DNA from: an uncultured Leptolinea sp. | GTDB lineage: Bacteria; Chloroflexota; Anaerolineae; Anaerolineales; Anaerolineaceae | Reading direction: 5' to 3' | Length of the DNA stretch: 64,000 nt | NCBI GenBank assembly: GCA_964446955.1 | Contig: CAYUQJ010000007.1 | Coordinates: forward strand, 103,918-167,917 | In this document: positions 57,685-64,000 of the stretch, piece by piece | Numbering within the stretch: position 1 is the stretch's first letter | Layout of the letters: the number at the start of each line of letters is the position of its first letter | Made by a program: the position numbers and the translations under genes | The notes under the pieces: generated by a model | Seen by the model: the letters and a program-made list of their open reading frames with translations, nothing else | What the model was told of the DNA's origin: nothing | Database searches by the model: none

Positions 57685-58749
57685 TTATCTGTTCCTTAAA
57701 TTTTTCTTGATGGTTTTTACATATTTGCCAAAATCGCGGTCTTTTCGGCGTTTTTCAGCGTAAGACAGCTCATGGTATTTTGATTCTCCGCTTAGATTCA
57801 GGTAACTTTCATATCGTTCCCGGCTTAAGCGGCCATCTTCCAACGCGGCCAGTAATGCGCAACCTTCTTCCGACGTGTGAGTGCAATTGGCAAAGTGGCA
57901 ATGCTGTGCCAGGCTGGCGGCATCGTCAAAACTCAGGTCAATGCCGTCTGACATACCAATAGCGCCCAGTTCTCGCATTCCCGGGGTGTCCACGAGCATT
58001 GCGCTAGATGAAAGGATCGTCAACTGGCGGCGTGTGGTAGTGTGACGGCCTTTACCATCAAATGCCCGGACGTTCTGGGTTTCGTACGCATCGTTTCCAA
58101 GCAGCCGGTTCAGAAGCGACGTCTTGCCCACACCGGAGGATCCAAGCAGGCAGTATGTTTTTCCGGTTCGCATACGGGATGTCAGTTCATCCATCCCTTC
58201 ACCCGACCGGGTACTGATAGCGTACACCGGGATTTGGATACCGGCGTTCCGGACAGAAGCGATCAAGTTCGCCAGAACATTTTCATTAATCAGGTCTTTT
58301 TTTGTCAGTACAAGAACAGGTTCAACCTGGCCGTCGTTTATCATGACTAGGTAGCGCTCGAGCCGGTGAATATTGAAATTTGCATCGCATGATTGCAGGA
58401 TGAAGGCTGTATCGATATTTGCCGCGATCACCTGGTAATCAACGGTCCGCCCGCTGGATTTTCTCCTGAGCAGACTCTTGCGGGGAAAAAGCTCATAAAT
58501 GACGGAAAACAACCCGTCATCATATATTTGTGCGTTGACCCAGTCTCCGACGGCCGGCAAATCAACGGTTGATGTGATGGAGTACCGGAGATTCCCGGCC
58601 AGCTCTGCCCGTATTTCAGAAGACTCATTGCAGATCAGATAACTCTCGCGATCCACGGCTGTTACACGCGCGGGGACGCAATCTGTTCGCTGAAGACCAT
58701 GTTGTTTATTCTTGAACCAATCGTCAAAACCCAGTCTCTCTATTTCCAT
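57685..58749 (-). CDS. rsgA: Ribosome small subunit-dependent GTPase A homologue
   Basis: AVGDWV, AANID, TKKD, GSSGVGKT, GRHTT, DTPGMR and C.F.NC.H..E.GC motifs. Confidence 0.9.
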   Translation of the reverse strand: MEIERLGFDDWFKNKQHGLQRTDCVPARVTAVDRESYLICNESSEIRAELAGNLRYSITSTVDLPAVGDWVNAQIYDDGLFSVIYELFPRKSLLRRKSSGRTVDYQVIAANIDTAFILQSCDANFNIHRLERYLVMINDGQVEPVLVLTKKDLINENVLANLIASVRNAGIQIPVYAISTRSGEGMDELTSRMRTGKTYCLLGSSGVGKTSLLNRLLGNDAYETQNVRAFDGKGRHTTTRRQLTILSSSAMLVDTPGMRELGAIGMSDGIDLSFDDAASLAQHCHFANCTHTSEEGCALLAALEDGRLSRERYESYLNLSGESKYHELSYAEKRRKDRDFGKYVKTIKKNLRNR

Positions 58750-58811
58750 GGAGCGATTTTATCAGAGACATCTTCCTATCTGTCCCCGGCAAGGAAGCAG
58801 GGTTAATGGTT

Positions 58812-60530
58812 TCACAGGTTTCGCAATTCATTCCGGATGAGAATGCCCACCATATGCGCGAATTTTTCCGGTGATTTTATATACACCAGATTGTTCCCAT
58901 AGATCTTACGTGCGGCGGGAAAATCTTCCTCCAATCCAGTGTATACACATAGAATGGTATACCCATGCTGTCGCCCCTTTCGCACCTCCAGTGCGGTATC
59001 ATTCACTCCGGCCTCATCAGAATAACAATTTTTTTCCGGCTTAAGTACACCGGTTGTAAATCCCGAGGGATCGATAGGTTTCCCATCTGATAGTATGATC
59101 AAAATCTTGTGTTCGCAGGGGGATTCGCGCATCATATGCAGGGCGGTACGAATAGCAAGCCCATCACGATTGCATCCACTGGAGTGATAATTGAAAATTT
59201 GATCGTTTTTATTGGTCTCCAGGTAATCGCGGAAGAGGTTGATGACGGTAAAGCTGCTATTCGTGCAGAATGAATAGACCCTGGTTGGAATTTGGCATCG
59301 GGTAAGGCTCTCTGCAATCATATAACCCTGTTCTGCGATCGATTCCTGACGGTTCATTTGAGATCCGGAAGCGTCGAGCAGAATATCGACAGTGATATTG
59401 CCGATCTCATCAATCCGATTGCGAAGAAAGATCTTGCTGTCATTGAGGAATAGATTACGCCATATCCTGCCCGCGATCAGTTTGCCAGCCTCGGAACGGC
59501 TTGTTGATTCAAGGTCGACAAGCAATGTGTTTTTTAAAATATTGGTCAGTTTAATTATGTTATTGGTATTGCGGGTGATATTTTCGTTGTAACTGTCTCT
59601 ATTCTTTTGCCGCTGAGACAGAGCGGCGTTCGCGCGAAAATTTGATTCGGATCGGGCCACGGTTTTACTATCGAATTCTCCACGGGTAAAGTGCAGGTGG
59701 CAATTTTGATGTTTTTCCACACAAAGAACCCGTTCCAGATTCTGCGTCTGAGACTCTGTCAAAATGGAATTGCCATAGAGATGGTTGATGTTCTCCCGGC
59801 TCTTTCTGTTCGTATATTCAACAAAGTTGCTCCAGAAAGAGCGGTTTTTATCCTTGTTCTTCTTTTCTTTCTTTTCCAGGGATTCGGTTTTGGATGAACT
59901 CGCGCGAACCCTGGTTTTATGAAGTTTTAAGAATGGATTGCCGAATTGTAGTTTCGTTTTGCTTGAGAAAATCGCGCTTAGTAAATTCCTTCCATAGCGG
60001 GGGTTCGAAAGCGCGAAATACGTATCAATGATCTCACATAGTTTGCTGATGATCTGCTCTGTGTTCAGCGATTCATCAAATTCCAGCTCGTTGAGGATAC
60101 GGGAGACCCGCTCCCGTGTGTTTTGTTCATTGCCGAGAATGCGGTGATAATGCGCCAGATTGATTTCGTCTATCAGAAAATAATAGCTGGGAGCGATTTG
60201 ACGGTTGACTACCTTCCTGGAGTAATCATTACGCAAGGATTCCAACACCGGTCTATCTTTTATTCCCTTGCGGAACACGCAACTCTCCAGACCAATCCAC
60301 GCCAGGTTTTCATAGAAAGCGTGCTCGGGGTCTTTTTTCAAACTGGCAAAAAATTGTTGAAGGATGGGATAGTCATAATACCTGTGAGTGGCACCGACTA
60401 TATAATTCCAGTAAAGTTCAGCCAGCCCCTGTGTGTTATAGCCATCAAAATCGGGTATGAAGGAATAATCCTCCGAGGCATTCCAGATGGTGTTATAAGC
60501 CCGTTGTTTCTCTCTGTTGGGGTTTTCCAT
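58812..60530 (-). CDS. VWA-domain protein (NorD/CobT/CbbO-like AAA+ adaptor)
   Basis: C-terminal MIDAS LLDASGS, plus NRDGLAIR and ILSDGKP; follows the AAA ATPase. Confidence 0.8.
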   Translation of the reverse strand: MENPNREKQRAYNTIWNASEDYSFIPDFDGYNTQGLAELYWNYIVGATHRYYDYPILQQFFASLKKDPEHAFYENLAWIGLESCVFRKGIKDRPVLESLRNDYSRKVVNRQIAPSYYFLIDEINLAHYHRILGNEQNTRERVSRILNELEFDESLNTEQIISKLCEIIDTYFALSNPRYGRNLLSAIFSSKTKLQFGNPFLKLHKTRVRASSSKTESLEKKEKKNKDKNRSFWSNFVEYTNRKSRENINHLYGNSILTESQTQNLERVLCVEKHQNCHLHFTRGEFDSKTVARSESNFRANAALSQRQKNRDSYNENITRNTNNIIKLTNILKNTLLVDLESTSRSEAGKLIAGRIWRNLFLNDSKIFLRNRIDEIGNITVDILLDASGSQMNRQESIAEQGYMIAESLTRCQIPTRVYSFCTNSSFTVINLFRDYLETNKNDQIFNYHSSGCNRDGLAIRTALHMMRESPCEHKILIILSDGKPIDPSGFTTGVLKPEKNCYSDEAGVNDTALEVRKGRQHGYTILCVYTGLEEDFPAARKIYGNNLVYIKSPEKFAHMVGILIRNELRNL

Positions 60531-60536
60531 TTTTTA

Positions 60537-61451
60537 TTATTGGTTGAAAATCTTTTCCCTTGTCACCGTTTCAGGAATTCTCAGCCGGATGACATCTTCA
60601 ACCAGATCCCGTTCAAAATCATCGAATGACTTATTCGTAATGCCCATTTGAAGCGCTTTTAAGGCGGGAAGCCCTTTATCCATTAGTTGGATGGAAGACA
60701 TCAGTCCTCTAAGGTCCACCGATTTGGTGGAGATCTCAGAGCTTTCACTCTTCTTTTGCAGATCCAGGAACAGTCCGATAAATTGATCCAGATATTCCTC
60801 CCGCATATGGGGAAATTCTCTTTTCATCAGTTTCCGTAAATTTTCTGCTGAAATGTTAGGCATTTTTATGACCAGAAAACGTGAAGCCAGAGCTTCATTC
60901 AACTCCCTGGTTCCCGCGTATCCGTAATTCATGGTCGCGATAAAGCGGGTCATACTGTCCAGCGTGATCTTATCGTAACCAGGAACGTCGATTATCCGTC
61001 TAAAATCCAACGTGGCATGCAAGATGGCTATGGATTCATTCTTTGCCATGTTGATCTCATCCAGTATCCCGAACCCACCACTGATGGCGCATTTGTAAAT
61101 GGGACCATGACGGTGAACAACCTGACCGTTCTCGAATGTGTCGGTGCCGATCAGAGAGGACGAATCGGTATTAATGTGGAATGAGATATCCCAACTGGGC
61201 CGGCCAAATGCGACTGCCAGATTTTCTGCCAGTACATTTTTCCCGGTAGCTTTCGGGCTTACCAGTAAGAGGTTTTCTCCGCATAAAAGCGCAGTTATGG
61301 CCTGTTCCCAGATATCCTTGCCGTAATAATGGAATCTTGGTTTGGGAATCCGGTATTCCATCTCCGGTTTCACCGGATACGACGCACGGATTTGGGCGAT
61401 TTCCTTGATCAGATAATCATTAATTCCCTCTTCGCGTAAAAAATCCAACAA
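60537..61451 (-). CDS. MoxR-class AAA+ ATPase (CbbQ/NirQ/NorQ-like)
   Basis: PKATGKN Walker A, ILDEIN Walker B, ATMN.GYAGT.ELNEALASRF; GGAGGT RBS then TTG. Confidence 0.88.
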   Translation of the reverse strand: MLDFLREEGINDYLIKEIAQIRASYPVKPEMEYRIPKPRFHYYGKDIWEQAITALLCGENLLLVSPKATGKNVLAENLAVAFGRPSWDISFHINTDSSSLIGTDTFENGQVVHRHGPIYKCAISGGFGILDEINMAKNESIAILHATLDFRRIIDVPGYDKITLDSMTRFIATMNYGYAGTRELNEALASRFLVIKMPNISAENLRKLMKREFPHMREEYLDQFIGLFLDLQKKSESSEISTKSVDLRGLMSSIQLMDKGLPALKALQMGITNKSFDDFERDLVEDVIRLRIPETVTREKIFNQ

Positions 61452-61881
61452 ATTTCCACCTCCAATTATTACCGCACCCATAGAAAAAGTATTATCTCGT
61501 TATGCGCGCACTGTATTGATGATGATACCGTCCTCTACCTTTTATTTCCGACAAAACCCGAAAAGACCAGGATCACTTTGCCTTTAAAATACATCTGTCA
61601 ATTAGATACTGTATCACTTACATGTAAAGTGGTCACTGTATCAATGTCATAGTTTCTTTATGCATTCGTAAGCATTTTTTTGAAGATTGACAGATAAAAC
61701 AAGCCTTTCTTTGTAATCAATTTGTATCTGGTCGATCTGGCATAGTGTTCTCAATCTATCAGGGAGCGCCTTCCACACCATTAAATAGATTCTACCTTGC
61801 CTGAAATTAAAAAAAAAGAAATAATACATATGTTTTGAAATTTGCAAATCCCGCTCTCCAATTTTCCCGGAAAGGTTATTG

Positions 61882-62934
61882 ATGAAAAAATTCTATTCGG
61901 CCATCGTTGAACTATTGCAGAACAAGGAAGATTTTGTAGTAGCCACATTATTTGATAAAACCGGGTCCGCTCCACGCAGTGATGGGGCAAAGATGGTGGT
62001 TCGCGCGGATGGAACCATTACGGGCACTATCGGCGGAGGGCGTCTGGAAGCGGAAGCCATCGAATTGGGAAAAAAGATGATTAGGGAGAAAAGGACGATC
62101 ATCCAGAAATTTGACCTCACCGGTAAGGACGCGGCTGAATCCGATATGATCTGCGGTGGGAAAGGTGAGATTCTTATCGATTTCATTGATTCGAGCGATG
62201 AAATGAATTTGGCAATCTACTCCGAGATTGTGAAAGCCATGGAATCGCGCGGAAAAGCATGGTTGGTGACCATTCTTGACCAGAGTCTGGCGGATAATGG
62301 ACGTCAGCAATGTCTGGTAAAGTCGGATAAGACCATGGTCGGCCGCGTAGTCTGTGATGACAAAATTCTTGCCAATCTGATCAGTGGCCCTGCCAAGATC
62401 ACACTGCATACAGAGGTTCGCACTGACCGGCGTTTTCTGGTTGAACCTTTACGGGAAGGTGGAACCGTCTTCATCTTTGGGGCAGGTCATGTATCGCAAA
62501 AAATCGCCCCATTAAGCGAGGGGGTTGGCTTTCGTACGGTAGTGATTGACGACCGGGAAGATTATGCCAACCAGGACAGGTTCCCCTCAACGGTGGAAAT
62601 ACAGGTGATCGATGATTTTGCAAAATTGCCTGAACTTGGCATTGACGACGAAAGCTATATTGTTATCGTGACCCGTGGGCATATGCATGATAAAGATGTT
62701 TTGGCGCAGGTATTGCGCAGTGGTGCCGCGTACATTGGCATGATTGGCAGCAGCATCAAGCGGCAATTGACATACAAAGACCTTATGGATCATGGTTTCA
62801 CTAAGGAAGAACTGGCGAGGGTGTATTCCCCCATTGGGATCCCCATTCTGGCTGAGACACCGGAAGAACTGGGGATCAGCATTGTTGGTGAGTTGATTAA
62901 AGTGCGGGCCGAAAAATTCAAAGCCGGTTCTTGA
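61882..62934 (+). CDS. XdhC/CoxF family molybdenum-hydroxylase accessory protein
   Basis: GSAPR..GAKM, GTIGGG, ICGG, FGAGHV, DDR, TRGH..D, YIGMIGS and PIG......PEE motifs. Confidence 0.92.
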   Translation: MKKFYSAIVELLQNKEDFVVATLFDKTGSAPRSDGAKMVVRADGTITGTIGGGRLEAEAIELGKKMIREKRTIIQKFDLTGKDAAESDMICGGKGEILIDFIDSSDEMNLAIYSEIVKAMESRGKAWLVTILDQSLADNGRQQCLVKSDKTMVGRVVCDDKILANLISGPAKITLHTEVRTDRRFLVEPLREGGTVFIFGAGHVSQKIAPLSEGVGFRTVVIDDREDYANQDRFPSTVEIQVIDDFAKLPELGIDDESYIVIVTRGHMHDKDVLAQVLRSGAAYIGMIGSSIKRQLTYKDLMDHGFTKEELARVYSPIGIPILAETPEELGISIVGELIKVRAEKFKAGS

Positions 62935-62977
62935 TCTGTATAAAAGACTTTTGTTAAGTTTTTTCCACATATAGGAA

Positions 62978-63031
62978 TTCTTCACAAAAACCCGACAGTT
63001 TCTTCGCAAGTTCTTCACAAGTCCTCTCTAA
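62978..63031 (+). promoter_or_regulatory. 11-bp-phased direct repeats (OmpR/PhoB-type operator candidate)
   Basis: TTCTTCACAA (62978), TTCTTCGCAA (63000), TTCTTCACAA (63011) and degenerate TCCTCTCTAA (63022). Confidence 0.6.
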
Positions 63032-63098
63032 AATACAAAATAACCTGATCAAGAAACACTTGTGATGGAATTTATCAATAGAAATTTGAGAGGAAAAA

Positions 63099-63878
63099 AT
63101 GTTCACAAAAATATCAAAAATTACCCTGATGGGTATTCTGGCCATGAGCCTGATGGCATTCTCGCCAGTCTCTGTAGATGGGATCCCAATGGGATCAATA
63201 TTGCCCGCGGACGAACCGCAAACATCCACTTTGACGGATGAAGAAGTAAGCGGTTTATTGTTGATGCGGGAAGAGGAAAAACTCGCTCATGATGTTTATA
63301 TGTACCTGTATGATGTTTGGGGTCTGAATGTTTTCAATAATATCGCAGCCAGCGAACAGACCCATACGGAAGCCGTAAAGACCTTGTTGGACACGTACGG
63401 CATTAAAGATCCGGTTGAGGGAAATACTGCCGGAGAATTCACCAACCCCGAGTTGCAGGCTTTGTATGACCGGTTGACTGCTCAGGGAAGTGAGTCTCTG
63501 GGTGAAGCGTTGAAAGTCGGTGCGGCTGTTGAAGAAATTGATATTCTTGATCTGCGCGAAGCTCTAGGTCAGACGACCAACCCGGATATTCAGAGGGTTT
63601 TTGATAACCTCGAAAAGGGTTCGGAAAACCATCTTGGTTCTTTCACCAGCACACTAACCGCACAGACCGGTGAGGAATATCAACCGCAGCACCTTACACA
63701 GGACGATTACCAGACCATTATCAACAACCGTTCATCCGGAAACCCCGGTAATGGGCAGGGTAATGGAAATGGAACAGGCATGGGAAGCGGGAATGGCAAC
63801 GGCACTGGAGCAGGTTCCGGATCTATGAGAACGGATGGTAAGGGAAATTCCAGTGGAAGCAGGCGGGGACAAGGGTAA
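63099..63878 (+). CDS. Exported DUF2202 ferritin-like protein with Gly/Asn-rich tail
   Basis: Signal-like N-terminus; MREEEKLAHDVY, SEQTH, EEIDI.DL and GSENHL motifs. Confidence 0.88.
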   Translation: MFTKISKITLMGILAMSLMAFSPVSVDGIPMGSILPADEPQTSTLTDEEVSGLLLMREEEKLAHDVYMYLYDVWGLNVFNNIAASEQTHTEAVKTLLDTYGIKDPVEGNTAGEFTNPELQALYDRLTAQGSESLGEALKVGAAVEEIDILDLREALGQTTNPDIQRVFDNLEKGSENHLGSFTSTLTAQTGEEYQPQHLTQDDYQTIINNRSSGNPGNGQGNGNGTGMGSGNGNGTGAGSGSMRTDGKGNSSGSRRGQG

Positions 63879-63899
63879 CGACAAAAACAAAAAAATCTG

Positions 63900-63932
63900 G
63901 CCGTCTCAACTATTGTTGGGACGGCTTTTTTT
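63900..63932 (+). terminator. Intrinsic terminator
   Basis: GCCGTCTCAAC-tatt-GTTGGGACGGC followed by T7. Confidence 0.88.
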
Positions 63933-64000
63933 ATAGTTTTTTAAGGATGACTCCTGACAGGCGTTCCATACCAATACGGATTTTTTCTGGAGTCACCCCG

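Noticed and set aside
63945-63999. Imperfect inverted repeat GGATGACTCCTGA/TCTGGAGTCACCC at the window end
   Set aside because: Its context is truncated by the window edge, so it cannot be interpreted.

Overview
A 64 kb stretch of bacterial chromosome, most likely from an Anaerolineae (Chloroflexota) organism. That assignment is inferred from gene families and promoter style, not verified. Positions 1-50 kb are mostly core genes: surface-glycan genes split over two loci (GT4, Wzx, epimerase and a WbpA-like dehydrogenase at 0-5 kb; wbpD/E/B-like genes, a second dehydrogenase, a second Wzx and a TIGR03663-like GT-C/NHL fusion at 31-42 kb), tsaE-tsaB-rimI-udg, era, an rpiB/aldolase/PfkB sugar triad, a TPP-riboswitch-controlled thiN-thiBPQ operon, pfkA, photolyase, clpC-def-recF, rsmG and a tRNA-Gly(TCC). 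Positions 50-64 kb look accessory and are patchily AT-richer: a GGDEF protein, ferritin-like proteins, lipoproteins (one broken by a nonsense codon), hydrolases, an RsgA homologue, and a MoxR-AAA/VWA pair divergent from xdhC. No CRISPR array, rRNA, transposase or integrase was seen. The most interesting signals are non-coding. (i) A stand-alone ~160 nt unit at 27.5 kb carries a 19-codon ORF and two mutually exclusive folds, one of which hides its RBS. (ii) A candidate ~70 nt anti-Shine-Dalgarno sRNA at 11.6 kb has an 11-bp-phased direct-repeat box upstream. (iii) A leader-peptide attenuator precedes a GNAT pair. (iv) The tRNA-Gly has C55 in its T-loop. (v) Several genes appear leaderless. All calls were made by eye, with no database searches.
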